A model generated the notes under the pieces. The model was not told where the DNA came from and did not search any database. It saw nothing but the letters and a program-made list of their open reading frames with translations. This document shows, piece by piece, positions 48,807-59,698 of a DNA stretch of 64,000 nt (its first letter is position 1; each line of letters begins with the position of its first letter). The translations under genes and the position numbers were made by a program. The stretch spans positions 2,581 through 66,580 of the forward strand of contig CAKZPT010000079.1 in NCBI GenBank assembly GCA_937139365.1, given 5' to 3'. This stretch comes from an uncultured bacterium (GTDB taxonomy: Bacteria > Verrucomicrobiota > Kiritimatiellia > PWTM01).

Positions 48807-51752
48807 ATGCGGTTCGACGACACGCGCCCCCCTTTCTGGGCCACCCCCCTGGCCGGCGAGCTAGAGGGTGAACTGGATTGTTCGGCGCTGGCCCGCCGCC
48901 TGTACGGCCAGGACGCCTCGATCTACGAGCAGTATCCCCTCGGCGTTGCGCGCCCCCGAAACCTGCGAGATTGCCAAACCCTCGTCCGCCGCGCCGTGGC
49001 GGAGCGATTTAGCCTGATCGCCCGCGGCGGCGGCACCAGCCTGGCCGGCCAGTGCGTCGGCGCGGGTCTCGTCGTCGAGTTCACCCGCCACATGAACCGC
49101 ATCCTCGAACTCGACCCGGCCGGCCGGCGGGCGCGGGTTCAGGCCGGCGTGATCCAGGACGACCTCAACGACGACGCCGCCGTCCACGGCCTTATGTTCG
49201 CGCCGGACACGTCGACGTCGCGCCAGGCGACCGTCGGCGGCATGATCGGCAACAACTCCTGCGGCGCGTTCTCCGTCCGATTCGGCACAACGCGGGACCA
49301 CGTCGAATCTGTCGAGGTCGTCCTGTCCGACGGCTCGACCGCCGAGTTCGGCCCGATCCCGCTCGCGGAACTCGAGGCGCGCCGCCGCGCGGACACGTTC
49401 GAAGGACGACTGATCGACGGGGTGCTGGGCCTGGTGGACCGGCACCGCGATGCGATCCTGGCCGCGGCGCCAAAGCCGGGCGTCCGGCGGCGGAACGCCG
49501 GCTACGCGCTCGATGCCCTGGCGACGGGCCAGCCGTGGAACCCTGGTGGTCCGCCTTTCAACCTCGGGCGCCTCGTCTGCGGCAGCGAGGGGACCCTCGC
49601 CCTGGTCGCCTCGGCGGCCGTCCGTCTGGTCCCGCGTCCGCGCGGACGGCGGTTGATGTGCGTCCACTTCGATTCGGTCACCGCCGCTTGCGACGCGACG
49701 CCCGACGTGCTGCGTCACGACCCAGTCGCGGTGGAACTGATGGACGGCGCGCTGCTGGAGGCGACCGGCCATCATCCCCAGTACGCGCGCGACCGCTTCT
49801 GGGTCGTTGGGCATCCAGGCGCCGTGCTGGCCGTCGAATTCTGGGACGACGACGAGGCCGCGCTCGATCGGCGGCTGGCGAACTTCGAAACCGACCTGCG
49901 CGCGCGGAACGTCGGCTACGCGTGGCCCGTGGTGCCGGCCGACCGCATCGCGCGCGTCTGGGCGTTGCGCAAGGCGGGGTTGGGCCTGCTGACCGGCATC
50001 CCCGGCGACGCCAAGCCGGTGACCGCCATCGAGGACATCGCCGTCGCTCCGGAGGACCTGGGCGCGTTCGTGCGCGAGCTGGACGAATTGCTCGGCCGGC
50101 TCGGCTGCTCCTGCGTTCACTACGGCCACGCCTCCGTCGGGTTGTTGCACTACCGGCCGATGTTGAACCTGAGGGATCCGCGTGACCTCGAGCGGTTCGT
50201 GCGGCTGATGGAGGAAGTCATCCCGCTGGTCCGCCGCTACGGCGGCAGCCTGTCCGGCGAGCATGGCGACGGGCGGCTGCGCGCCCCGTACCTTCGGGCG
50301 GCGCTGGGCGCGGAGCTGTACGACCTATGCGTTCAGGTGAAGCGACTCTTCGACCCCGCGGGCGTCTTGAACCCCGGCAAGATTGTGGACGCGCCGCCGG
50401 TGACCGCCGACCTGCGCACCTCGCCGGCGACGCCCACGCCCGACCTCGAGACCGAGTTCGACTGGTCCCGCACCGAGGGGTTCCTCCGCGCCGCCGAGGC
50501 GTGCAACGGGGCGGCCGTCTGCCGGCAGGGGCCGGGTCGTGGCCTGATGTGTCCCACCTATATGGCCACCGGCGACGAGGCCCACACCACCCGCGCCCGC
50601 GCTAACCTGCTCCGGCAGACGTTGACGGCGAACGACGGCAGCCGCGGATGGTGGCGGGACCCCGAGCTGGCATCCGTGATGGACACCTGCATCGCTTGCA
50701 AGGGCTGCCGCGCCGAATGCCCGTCCGGCGTAGACATGGCCCGGATGAAGGCCGAATGGGCGGCGAGGCGCAATGCCTCCGGCCTGCCTCCGTTGCGTTC
50801 GCTGGTCTTCGGCCACATGTCGCGCCTCGCCCGCCTCGCGCGGCTGGCTCCCGCCCTGGCCTCCCGGTTGGCCGCGGATCCGCGGGTGAAACGACTGCTG
50901 GGCATCGCGGCACAGCGATCGCTGCCGGCGTGGGCGTCGACCACCTTTTCGGAATGGTTCCGCCGCCGGCGGCCGAATGACGGTCCGAAGGGCGAGGTGG
51001 TGTTGTTCGCGGATGAATTCGTCGAGTACCTCGAGCCGGCCGTCGGCATCGCGGCGGTCGAGTTCATGGAGACCGCCGGCTGGCGGGTCCACTCCGTCGG
51101 TGGCCTGGAATCGGGTCGCGCGCAAATTTCCAAGGGTTTTCTCCGTTCCGCCCGTCGCGCCCTGGCCAATACGGTCTGGCAACTGGCGCCCTACGCCCGG
51201 CGGGGCCTGCCGATCGTCGGTTTGGAACCCTCCGCGCTCCTCGGACTCCGCGACGAGGCGCTCGACTTATTGCCCAACGGGCTTCGCTCGGAGGCCGAGG
51301 CCGTCCGCGACGCCGCACGGCTGTTTCCCGAGTGGGTGGCCGAGCAGGCCGAGGCCGGCCGCCTCGCCGGCTTGCGTCTGCACCCCCTGCCCTGTTCCGA
51401 CATGCTGCTTCACGGCCACTGCCATCAGAAGGCCCTCGGCGGAACCGAGGCCGTGCGACGCGCCCTTCAGCTCATCCCCGGCCTGCGCGTGATCGAGTTG
51501 CCGACCGCCTGCTGCGGCATGGCCGGCTCGTTCGGCTACGAGGCGGAGCATTACGAGCTCTCGATGCGCATGGGCGAGTTGGTCCTTTTTCCCGCCATCC
51601 GGGCGCGGCCCGAGGCGGCCATCTGCGCCGATGGCGCAAGTTGCCGGCAGCAGATCGCGCACGGCACTGGCCGCGTCGCGAGACACTGCACCGAATGGCT
51701 TCGTTCCGCCTTGACCGCGGCCGTCGCGGACGGACCGTCGGATTGGACATGA
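48807..51752 (+). CDS. FAD-binding and Fe-S-binding oxidoreductase (GlcD/GlcF fusion, YdiJ/D-2-hydroxyacid dehydrogenase-like)
   Basis: ARGGGTSLAGQ, GGMIGNNSCG, CGSEGTL, SGEHGDG, CNG..C, MCP, CIACKGCRAECP, HGHCHQK, CCGMAGSFG. Confidence 0.9.
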   Translation: MRFDDTRPPFWATPLAGELEGELDCSALARRLYGQDASIYEQYPLGVARPRNLRDCQTLVRRAVAERFSLIARGGGTSLAGQCVGAGLVVEFTRHMNRILELDPAGRRARVQAGVIQDDLNDDAAVHGLMFAPDTSTSRQATVGGMIGNNSCGAFSVRFGTTRDHVESVEVVLSDGSTAEFGPIPLAELEARRRADTFEGRLIDGVLGLVDRHRDAILAAAPKPGVRRRNAGYALDALATGQPWNPGGPPFNLGRLVCGSEGTLALVASAAVRLVPRPRGRRLMCVHFDSVTAACDATPDVLRHDPVAVELMDGALLEATGHHPQYARDRFWVVGHPGAVLAVEFWDDDEAALDRRLANFETDLRARNVGYAWPVVPADRIARVWALRKAGLGLLTGIPGDAKPVTAIEDIAVAPEDLGAFVRELDELLGRLGCSCVHYGHASVGLLHYRPMLNLRDPRDLERFVRLMEEVIPLVRRYGGSLSGEHGDGRLRAPYLRAALGAELYDLCVQVKRLFDPAGVLNPGKIVDAPPVTADLRTSPATPTPDLETEFDWSRTEGFLRAAEACNGAAVCRQGPGRGLMCPTYMATGDEAHTTRARANLLRQTLTANDGSRGWWRDPELASVMDTCIACKGCRAECPSGVDMARMKAEWAARRNASGLPPLRSLVFGHMSRLARLARLAPALASRLAADPRVKRLLGIAAQRSLPAWASTTFSEWFRRRRPNDGPKGEVVLFADEFVEYLEPAVGIAAVEFMETAGWRVHSVGGLESGRAQISKGFLRSARRALANTVWQLAPYARRGLPIVGLEPSALLGLRDEALDLLPNGLRSEAEAVRDAARLFPEWVAEQAEAGRLAGLRLHPLPCSDMLLHGHCHQKALGGTEAVRRALQLIPGLRVIELPTACCGMAGSFGYEAEHYELSMRMGELVLFPAIRARPEAAICADGASCRQQIAHGTGRVARHCTEWLRSALTAAVADGPSDWT

Positions 51753-53923
51753 CGCCGGAGCCGGCCACCCAACGGATGCGCGAGTGGCCATGGGTCGCGG
51801 CCGCCCTCGGTGCCGCCGTGGTGGCGCTGGCCGCCGTCGCCGCGTTCATCCTTCGGCACCATTCGATCAAGGCCTGGTCCGATCCCGTCAACTGGCTGAC
51901 GTTCGCCCGCGATTTTGCCGCAGAATTCAGGAGCAGCCGGTTCGCCTGCGGCTATCCGATCTTCCTGCGCCTGATCCTGCCTCTGACGGGGCCGTTTGGG
52001 GTCTTCCTGAGCAATCTGCCGCTGGTGCTCCTAGTGATGGTCCAGGCCGGCTGGCTCGCGGCGCGGGCGTTGCCCGACGCGCGTCCCGCGGTCCGCGCGG
52101 CCGCGGCCGCGGTGACCGTCGCCCTGCTGGCCGCCGCCGATGCCCACGTCTTGCTGACGATGGCGAATCCGTACCGCGACCCGCTGTCCCACGCCCTCCT
52201 TTTGGCGTCGCTCCTGATGGTCGCCAAACGGGCCGATGGTCAGCGCCCCTCCCCCGCCGCTTCGTTCGTCGCCGGCCTGGTTTTCGGCCTCGCTTTCACG
52301 GTCCGCGAACCCGCGTTGATCACGGCGTTGCCGATCGGGGTGCTCCTGCTGTGGGTCCAGCGCAGCCGGCCAGAGTTCGCCCTGCCGCGCTGGATCGGCT
52401 GGGCGGCGGCCGGCGCCGCGCTGGGCGCCGCGCCCCTCGTCGTGCAAGGCATGGTCCGCGCCGGCGGCTCGGCTCCCCTGCCTCCCCAATCCATCGCCGA
52501 AGGTCGCCTGATGCCGGGGTTGCACTGGGCGGCACTCGCCCAGACCGGCCGTCTGGCCACGGCGTATTTCTCCACCTTCTCCGGCGTGCGGCCCTTGATC
52601 CCGATCCTCTGGGCCATCGGACTGGTCGGTTCCGCACTCGCCCGCCGGCGGAGAGCGTTGTGCCTTTTGGCCATTCCCGCCGGGCTCTACTCGGCGTTTT
52701 ATTCCTTCTACTGGACCTTTGTGCCCCGCTATTTTTGGATCGCCCTCGTGTTCGGCGCTGCGACCGCCGGCTGGCTCGTGGGCCATGTCGCGGACCGCCT
52801 AACCCGACGGCGCTCTGCCTGGCTGGCCGCCGCCCTGCCCGTCCTGGTCGCCGTCTCCGCCTGTGGCGCGCTGGCGGCATGGCTGGCGCGGATCCCGACG
52901 CCCTCTGAGCGCTTCACAATACACCACGCTCGCCGCCTTGCGACCGCTGTCGAACGCATCGTTCCCGCCAACGCGCACTTCCTCGCGCCACGTCCGTTTT
53001 GCGAGATCGTCCGATGGTTCAACCGGCTCGACGCATGGCCGGCCTCGTGGTTGTGGGAGCCGGGCGTCGCGGATCCGTCGCGCAGCCTGCGCCGCCGGCT
53101 GGCGGCGTCGTTCGACGGCGATCGGCCCGTTCTGGCCGGTGAACTCCGGCTCGCCGGACGCCGCGACATCGAATTTTCAGCGCTCCGACGAGCATTTTCC
53201 TCCCATCGACTCGAATCGCTCGACCTCGAGCCCTACGGTCTGGGTCGCCAGCGCGTGACCTTCTGGCGGCTCGAACCCTGGACCGCGACCCAGCAGGAAT
53301 GGACGGTCTATTCGCCCCTCTCGAATTGCGTGTTGCAAATCGACGCCGGCCCGCTCGACGAACCGGCTGAGCTGCAGGTGGACGGCGCGCCGCCGATGGT
53401 GGCCCGTCCCGGCGCAAACTTTGTCGCACTGCCCCGCGTGGGCGATTTCCGAGTCCGGCTCCATTCGACCGTGCCGGTCCCCCGCCTGCCCGTGCGAATC
53501 CTTGCTCCCGACGAACCCCTCCTGCTCGACTTCGATGTCTCGGCCGATGTTCCTTGCCTGGCGTGGCTGGCGGATGGCTTTCGCATTCCCCCCTACGGCC
53601 TTGCCGCGCCGGTGGTGGAACGCACCGGCGATATCCGGCTGCCCACCGCGTTGCCGGGCAACCCGGGGCCTCGCCGCGTGCGTCTCCGCGTACGCGCGAC
53701 CGAGCCGGCGACTGGATCCGTCCTCCGCTTTGCGGTGGGGATGGCCGGCAACGAGTGGGAACTGGCCGTTCGAATGGACCGACGATTTCACGAACTCGAC
53801 ATCGGGCCGGCCACGCCGCCTGCCGGCGTGGAGTGGACCTGCAGAATCCGCGTGATCGACCCCGGCCCCGACCGCGGCCTCGAGGTTGAAAGCATCGCAA
53901 TTGCCTCCGCCACCGACGGCTAA
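51749..53923 (+). CDS. Multi-pass membrane protein with periplasmic C-terminal domain (GT-C/ArnT-like architecture)
   Basis: About 11 hydrophobic segments, acidic WSDP in the first loop, PRYF motif, beta-rich C-terminus. ATGA overlap with the upstream gene. Confidence 0.6.
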   Translation: MTPEPATQRMREWPWVAAALGAAVVALAAVAAFILRHHSIKAWSDPVNWLTFARDFAAEFRSSRFACGYPIFLRLILPLTGPFGVFLSNLPLVLLVMVQAGWLAARALPDARPAVRAAAAAVTVALLAAADAHVLLTMANPYRDPLSHALLLASLLMVAKRADGQRPSPAASFVAGLVFGLAFTVREPALITALPIGVLLLWVQRSRPEFALPRWIGWAAAGAALGAAPLVVQGMVRAGGSAPLPPQSIAEGRLMPGLHWAALAQTGRLATAYFSTFSGVRPLIPILWAIGLVGSALARRRRALCLLAIPAGLYSAFYSFYWTFVPRYFWIALVFGAATAGWLVGHVADRLTRRRSAWLAAALPVLVAVSACGALAAWLARIPTPSERFTIHHARRLATAVERIVPANAHFLAPRPFCEIVRWFNRLDAWPASWLWEPGVADPSRSLRRRLAASFDGDRPVLAGELRLAGRRDIEFSALRRAFSSHRLESLDLEPYGLGRQRVTFWRLEPWTATQQEWTVYSPLSNCVLQIDAGPLDEPAELQVDGAPPMVARPGANFVALPRVGDFRVRLHSTVPVPRLPVRILAPDEPLLLDFDVSADVPCLAWLADGFRIPPYGLAAPVVERTGDIRLPTALPGNPGPRRVRLRVRATEPATGSVLRFAVGMAGNEWELAVRMDRRFHELDIGPATPPAGVEWTCRIRVIDPGPDRGLEVESIAIASATDG

Positions 53924-54051
53924 ACATCTCCCGGAGAGGCCCAGTCCCAACTCTGCGCGCCGTGGTTTTTCGGCCGGGGTTGCCAGCGGTATCGAACCCA
54001 CCGAGGTGGGTCGGCCTGCAGAAGGAACGCGGATCTTTCGCCGCTGCGCCT

Positions 54052-56436
54052 TCAACGCCTCGCGCCGGGGAGGTTGCGGGGCGTCCACACCGGGTTTTCG
54101 AGGGTGCCTCTCAGTTCGAATTCCAGGAGCCGCGTGACCGGTAGGGTCAGCAGCCGGAGCACGTCCGCAGCCGCGCCGCTGCGCAGCAGCTTAGCCCCCA
54201 CGACGAAGTCAAGCCGGCGATCCAACGCGTACGCCCCCCGCCCCTCGAGTGAAAGAACGTCGCCCCGCAGCTCCGCCAGGTCGGTCCAGATCCATCCATC
54301 CGCGACCCGAAACGACGCCCGAAAATCGCCCTGCGACACGAATCCAAGGCCGGGCACGACCGAGGAGAGATGGCGCGACAGGCCGCCGAACAGCGGAATT
54401 TCCAGGAGATGGCCTCGTCGCACGCGAACGGTGCCCACGCCCACGACTCCCGCCCCCTGGCCACGGCCTACCCGGCCGGTCAGCGACAGCTCTCCATATA
54501 GTCGCCCGATCTGGGGAAGATCGTTCCGATCGGTCACCGCCCGCAACACCTCGGCCAGGGCGGCGTTGGTGACAGACATCGTGACGGCGTACTGCGTCCG
54601 CTCCGCCGGTCCGGCGGGCAGAATCAGGCCGGCCCTCCCGCCGAACGAGCCGCCGAATGCCTGGCCGCCGAACGAGCGGATGTCCACGCGCCGCCCTTCG
54701 ACGGCAGCAGCCACGGAAAGGCGGTCGGCCGTGAACCACGCGAAGGAGACCGTCCCCCCTTCGAAGACTAGTTCACCCTGGTGATTTGTGCGCTCGCCGT
54801 AATCCACCGTTCCGCGCACCGCGAGGCGGCAGGAATCGCCAAAGCCGAATTGCGACATGAACAGGTGCGGTCGCGGGCCCGCCAGCCGCGCCACCACCGG
54901 GGGTGGGACGGTAGCAACCGCATCCACGAAGACGCTGCGTCGCGTCGGGTCGTGTTCCGCCCGGCCGGCGATCCATCCGTGAGGGGCCTCGGCATATACG
55001 TCCTCCAGCCGAACTACGCTGTCGCGCACGGCAAAGCGGGCCGAGGCCCTTCGGAGAAGGGCGCCGTTCCAGGCAAAGTTGGACGCCTCTCCGGTCCCTT
55101 CGATCTCCAAGCTACCCGGATCGTCCCATGGGACGCGAAAGACCATCCGGATTGAGGGCGGCGGACCAAACCACCGGGCGGCAGACGCGTTGAGCAACTG
55201 GGCCGGCGTCATCCACGCCGCCAACGCCATCGGATCGAATGCGGCGGCAAGCCCGCCCGTGACGACGCAGGCGGCCAGATCCACCGTCCCCTGCGCAACC
55301 AACGGTCCCGCGCCGGAACCCTCGCCCACGATGGCCAGAAGACGCTTCACCTCGATCTGACGGGATGACGCCACCAGTTCCGCACGGGCCTGCTCGACCC
55401 AGACACCGCCCAGCTCGAATCGCGAGGCGGCCACCCATCCCTTCCCGCGCACGCCTCCGGGATGTGCTGGATCCGGCAACACCGTGCCCTCCAAGCGCAG
55501 CGGCCCTTCCACGCGTAGCGCCGCGGACGCCCGATACCGGTCGGCCGCCGGCGGAAGCGGAAATGCCATCGCCAACAGGGGCGACAGACGAGCGGCAAGG
55601 GACACCTCCGGCGGATGGCCCGGCCGCCAGGCACCAGCGATCGAAAGCCGGCTCCCGACGCCGTCCAACGCAAGACGCAGCACCGACAGCGTCCGCTCCG
55701 ACCACCGCGCCGAGATGTCCCATCGCTCCCACGGCAGGCCGGCCCATGTCGCGGCCCCGCCGGATCCCACAAGCTGCACATCGGCGCCCCCGGGGTCGTC
55801 CAGATCGATCCGGCCGGCCAGGCGCAAACATCCGCCCCGAAACTCGACGCGCTGCCATGGCTGCGGCCAACGGGGCGGCGCGACGACAGGCGGGCCGGGC
55901 GGCGGTCGCGGAGCCGCGGCTCGGGCCCACGGCCCCGTCCGCCTGACGTGAAGGTCCACGTCAAGGTCGGCGCCCGCCCATGTCCCGCGACCAACGATCC
56001 GCCACCAAGCGCCTGATTCCGCAATGGCGCGCCCGGCCAGCGCCGTCAGGCGGCCCAGCGGATCGGCGCCCGCACTCCGCCACTCCACCTCCGTGTCGCG
56101 CCATTCCACCACGGCGGGCTCCCATCGACCCGATAGGAGGGTCTGGAGCGTCCACGCCGCCGCCAGAGTCCCAGCCCGCAGATGGATGCTCCCGCCGCCG
56201 GCACGCGACGTCCAAGCGACCTTCTCCGCAACGACGCCAAGTGGCCATCGCCAGCGGAGGGTGGCCAGCGTCATCGTCGCCCCGCGCCGGGCCAGGGCGC
56301 GCTCCACCCCGCGGATCAACGGCGCCGGCGCCCCCCATCGCGTCAAAGCCAATGCCGCGAAGAGCAGGGCGATCATGAGCGCAACCGCCACGCGACGGGC
56401 GGCCCGCCGGCGCGCGACGCGCCGGCCCGGAGTCAT
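54052..56436 (-). CDS. AsmA-family protein (N-terminal TM, AsmA-like C-terminal region)
   Basis: N-terminal anchor, long beta-strand repeats, C-terminal IPLFGGLS...LEGRG...LEFELRGTLENPVW. Confidence 0.7.
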   Translation of the reverse strand: MTPGRRVARRRAARRVAVALMIALLFAALALTRWGAPAPLIRGVERALARRGATMTLATLRWRWPLGVVAEKVAWTSRAGGGSIHLRAGTLAAAWTLQTLLSGRWEPAVVEWRDTEVEWRSAGADPLGRLTALAGRAIAESGAWWRIVGRGTWAGADLDVDLHVRRTGPWARAAAPRPPPGPPVVAPPRWPQPWQRVEFRGGCLRLAGRIDLDDPGGADVQLVGSGGAATWAGLPWERWDISARWSERTLSVLRLALDGVGSRLSIAGAWRPGHPPEVSLAARLSPLLAMAFPLPPAADRYRASAALRVEGPLRLEGTVLPDPAHPGGVRGKGWVAASRFELGGVWVEQARAELVASSRQIEVKRLLAIVGEGSGAGPLVAQGTVDLAACVVTGGLAAAFDPMALAAWMTPAQLLNASAARWFGPPPSIRMVFRVPWDDPGSLEIEGTGEASNFAWNGALLRRASARFAVRDSVVRLEDVYAEAPHGWIAGRAEHDPTRRSVFVDAVATVPPPVVARLAGPRPHLFMSQFGFGDSCRLAVRGTVDYGERTNHQGELVFEGGTVSFAWFTADRLSVAAAVEGRRVDIRSFGGQAFGGSFGGRAGLILPAGPAERTQYAVTMSVTNAALAEVLRAVTDRNDLPQIGRLYGELSLTGRVGRGQGAGVVGVGTVRVRRGHLLEIPLFGGLSRHLSSVVPGLGFVSQGDFRASFRVADGWIWTDLAELRGDVLSLEGRGAYALDRRLDFVVGAKLLRSGAAADVLRLLTLPVTRLLEFELRGTLENPVWTPRNLPGARR

Positions 56437-58199
56437 GGCGCGCCGCTCCCGCGCGCGGGCGCGGCCGCGGCGGTCTCGGCCATCAACGCCATCGCCGTGG
56501 CCTGGTCCACGATGCCCACCACGTCGCGGCCGCGGACCAGCATATAGACGCCCTCGCCCACGGTGGCACCCATCAGAATGGCGGGCGCCACGCCGGCCTC
56601 ACCGGCCACCAAAACGGTCAGCGTGGCCATGGGCGGGTCCAGACCACACGACACCAGTTCCCGCGGATTCTCCGCCACCAGGTGAGTCGCGCGCAACTGG
56701 GCCAACGCCTGCAGGCGGGCTTGGACCGCGGCCGGCGGGACTGCCTCGCCCGTGCTCAGCGCAAACCCGTTGGTGGCCGTGCGGGTCGCCCGCTCTTCGA
56801 CGCCGCCCTTGGAAAGAATCCAGCCGGAGACTGACTCGGGCGGGATCGACAGCAACACGCGACTGCGGTACCGAAGGGGATCGGCCGACAGAAACCCCGG
56901 CACCTTGGAGCGGATCCGCACCGTGTTGGTGCCGTCGGCATCGATGACGACGGCCGGCACAGTTTCGCCCGGTGTCTCCGTCACCACGACCGTCGCGTCG
57001 GGCGGAGCGTCCGCCACGCGGTGGAATTCGATACGGACGGCCCGATCGGCAGCCGGGCGCGCCTCGGGAACGGCGAACTCCTCGATCCGCGTGGCGGTCC
57101 ATTCCTGAAGGAAGGTGCGGATTCGCTGGCTGTCGCCCTCGACCGTAGCGGGTTCCAGCAGGGACCATGCGTCGCCGTTCCGAACGACCTTCAGGCGGCG
57201 GTCACCGCGCACCAGGCTCCAAGCGGAGATGTCGTCCGGCGACAACGGCACCAGCCGGCGATCCCGGAGCTCATCTACGGGCAATCCCAGTGCGATCGGG
57301 ATCACCGAGGGGATGGTGAACACAGAGGGGCGGCCGGGCCAGGCCGCGTATACGCGAGTCGGGGACGTCTCCATGCGATGGCCGATTCGCAGTGAGATCG
57401 GCCCCCCTCCGCCCGCGCCCGGTTCCAGCGTGACCTCCACGGCCCCGTCGTCAAGGCCGTAAGGCGCGCCGACCGCGACGTCGTCGCGTACGAACTCCTC
57501 GATCCGGGCGCCGAGCAACATCTCGATTAGCCGGACCACGACGGTGCGGTCGGCACGGGCGAGAAACGGCTGGCGAATACGCCAACCTTGCGCGTCACCG
57601 CGGACGATGTGGAGGTACCCGTCAGGCCGACGGATGCGGATCTGGCTGACGTCGGCGAGGCCAGGAAAAAGGGTTCGATCCCGGAGGTCGCCGACGAAGG
57701 ACGGCACTGCGGCCACGAGGTTCGTCGACGCGGTGGCGAGGGCGCCGTACGGACCTACCCGGACGAACACCCGTCGGCCGGGCATGGGTTCGCCAATCTG
57801 GAACTCGAGATTGCCTCCCGGCCGGACGACGCGCACGATCGCCAGCGGGGGGGCCAACCCGTAATCACGCAAAGCGGCTTCGGGCACGGACGGCAGGGAG
57901 ACGGTCAACTCGGACGAGAGGGCGTGAAGCAGGCGGGACACGACGGACGCATCCGCCGCCGTCGCCAGCGGCTCGGCCAGCCTCCAAACGGGGCCCTCCC
58001 GCGTCAGCCGCGCACGGAAATTGGGGCGTTCGACACCCAGCGCCGACACTTCGTCCGGCTCGAAGCGGATGGCGCGGGCGGCCTGGTCGGCGCGGTCTGC
58101 CCGGCGCGTCTCCCATCGGACCGAGGCGAACCACGCGCCCGCCAACAGAACCGTCAGGCCGGCGAGAACACGGTTGGCTCGGCTGTCGAAGGGATTCAT
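56433..58199 (-). CDS. DUF4340 domain protein (three repeats)
   Basis: Repeated W.L.EP...AD, YGL..P and LRDR motifs. N-terminal TM. Confidence 0.75.
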   Translation of the reverse strand: MNPFDSRANRVLAGLTVLLAGAWFASVRWETRRADRADQAARAIRFEPDEVSALGVERPNFRARLTREGPVWRLAEPLATAADASVVSRLLHALSSELTVSLPSVPEAALRDYGLAPPLAIVRVVRPGGNLEFQIGEPMPGRRVFVRVGPYGALATASTNLVAAVPSFVGDLRDRTLFPGLADVSQIRIRRPDGYLHIVRGDAQGWRIRQPFLARADRTVVVRLIEMLLGARIEEFVRDDVAVGAPYGLDDGAVEVTLEPGAGGGGPISLRIGHRMETSPTRVYAAWPGRPSVFTIPSVIPIALGLPVDELRDRRLVPLSPDDISAWSLVRGDRRLKVVRNGDAWSLLEPATVEGDSQRIRTFLQEWTATRIEEFAVPEARPAADRAVRIEFHRVADAPPDATVVVTETPGETVPAVVIDADGTNTVRIRSKVPGFLSADPLRYRSRVLLSIPPESVSGWILSKGGVEERATRTATNGFALSTGEAVPPAAVQARLQALAQLRATHLVAENPRELVSCGLDPPMATLTVLVAGEAGVAPAILMGATVGEGVYMLVRGRDVVGIVDQATAMALMAETAAAAPARGSGAP

Positions 58200-59698
58200 G
58201 CGCGCCGTCTCCACCACACCGCCAGGCCAGCGAGGGCGACCGCGCCGGGCACCCCCCCGACCACGGCCAGTCCGAGCCATCGCAGTCCGACGCGGCTGAT
58301 GTCGATCCGCGTCGGACTGATTCGGCGGGGGGGCACGTCCACCCTCTCCCGGCGTTCGAGCAGCCAATTCAACGCCCCGATGAAAAAATCACCGTTGCCG
58401 CTGACCATTGCGCCGTTCGCCACGAAGGCGCAATCGCCGACGACCACCAGCCGCGCCGGCCGGATGCCGAATGCCCATTCCTCCGGATCACCGCGCTCCA
58501 CGGCGACGGCCACCGAGACCGGCCCGCGCCGGTCCCTTCCCTCGTGGAAGACCCACGGTAGGGTCGAGTATTCGGCCTCGGCCCATCCGTGGTCGCTGGT
58601 CAGCGCGAGACGAACCACTCGCGGCCGGTCGGCGCCGGCGACCGGACCCGCGGTGACCTCGGCCGGCTCGACGGAGCGAGGGTTGTAGAACACGCACGCT
58701 AAGTCGCGCATCCGTTCCGTCGCGCCATGGCGGAGGAAGCGCGTGATCAGCAGGCCTCCGCCCAGCGTTCGTCCCTCGTCCACGACCCGGTCGTCCCCGA
58801 CCTCGACGCCCCAGCGACGGAGCCAGGATTCGAGGCCCGTCCGGGTCCCGCCCTCCAGCAGGATCATCGCACGGCCGTTGCGCTCCAGATGCGCGTGAAC
58901 CATGTCGAGCACCGGCTGCGGTAGGCGCGAACGCGGCCCGGCGATCAGCAGCACGGAGCAGTCGGCCGGGATGCCGGCGTCCTCGCTGAGGACCAGCGGC
59001 CGAACCTCGATGCCCTCGCGCCGGATGAGCCGCGCCGCGGCGGCCAGCCCGCGGAGGCGTTCGGTGTCGTCGGGAGATCGCTCGCCGTGGCCCGTCAGGG
59101 CATAGACGACCGGCGCTTTGGTCCGCGTTACCTCGTGGATCGCCGAACTGATCGCCGCCTCGCCGCGGAACGCCGTTCGAACCCGCGACGATCCCGGGCC
59201 GGCCCCGGAGGGCGCCTCCTCGTACAGGTCGCCCGGGTCCAGCACACGCACGCGGTCGCCGGCGGCCACGACGAGGCACTCGACCGACGCCAGCGGCCAA
59301 CGCCGCGCCATCCCGTTGACGGCCGCCACCTCGCGATCGGGGTCCAACCGCCGCACGCGGACCCGCGGCGTTGCCGCCTGGTAGTTGGCCAAAAGGTCGA
59401 GCGCGTCGTCCAACTCCGGTCCCGGCCGCAACAACACGACCACCTCGACCGTGTTGGTCAGCCGGCCCAAAAGGTCCAGCGTGGCCTCGGAGAGGGAATG
59501 TCTTCGGTCGCGGCTAAGGTCGAGGCGGGCATAGTGGCGACGCGCCAGCGCGTGGGCCAGACCGGCGCACGTCGCGGCGAGGACCACGGACAGCAGCAGC
59601 GACGCGCCCACCCCCATGCGTCGGCGCCGCATCCGGCGCAGCCGGCGTCGAAGGTCGGACCCGTGGACGCGGCCGCCGCTCACCGCCATCGCTCCCAT
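58196..59698 (-). CDS. GldG-like ABC-associated protein
   Basis: RLDLSRDRRHSLS, FRGEAAISSAI, YALTGHGERS, LLIAGP, RLVVVGD, NWL, C-terminal TM WWRRR. Confidence 0.82.
   Translation of the reverse strand: MGAMAVSGGRVHGSDLRRRLRRMRRRRMGVGASLLLSVVLAATCAGLAHALARRHYARLDLSRDRRHSLSEATLDLLGRLTNTVEVVVLLRPGPELDDALDLLANYQAATPRVRVRRLDPDREVAAVNGMARRWPLASVECLVVAAGDRVRVLDPGDLYEEAPSGAGPGSSRVRTAFRGEAAISSAIHEVTRTKAPVVYALTGHGERSPDDTERLRGLAAAARLIRREGIEVRPLVLSEDAGIPADCSVLLIAGPRSRLPQPVLDMVHAHLERNGRAMILLEGGTRTGLESWLRRWGVEVGDDRVVDEGRTLGGGLLITRFLRHGATERMRDLACVFYNPRSVEPAEVTAGPVAGADRPRVVRLALTSDHGWAEAEYSTLPWVFHEGRDRRGPVSVAVAVERGDPEEWAFGIRPARLVVVGDCAFVANGAMVSGNGDFFIGALNWLLERRERVDVPPRRISPTRIDISRVGLRWLGLAVVGGVPGAVALAGLAVWWRRRA

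Noticed and set aside
53996-54011. Hairpin ACCCAC-CGAG-GTGGGT between convergent genes as a REP element
   Set aside because: Single short copy seen in the window; could be a weak terminator or chance.
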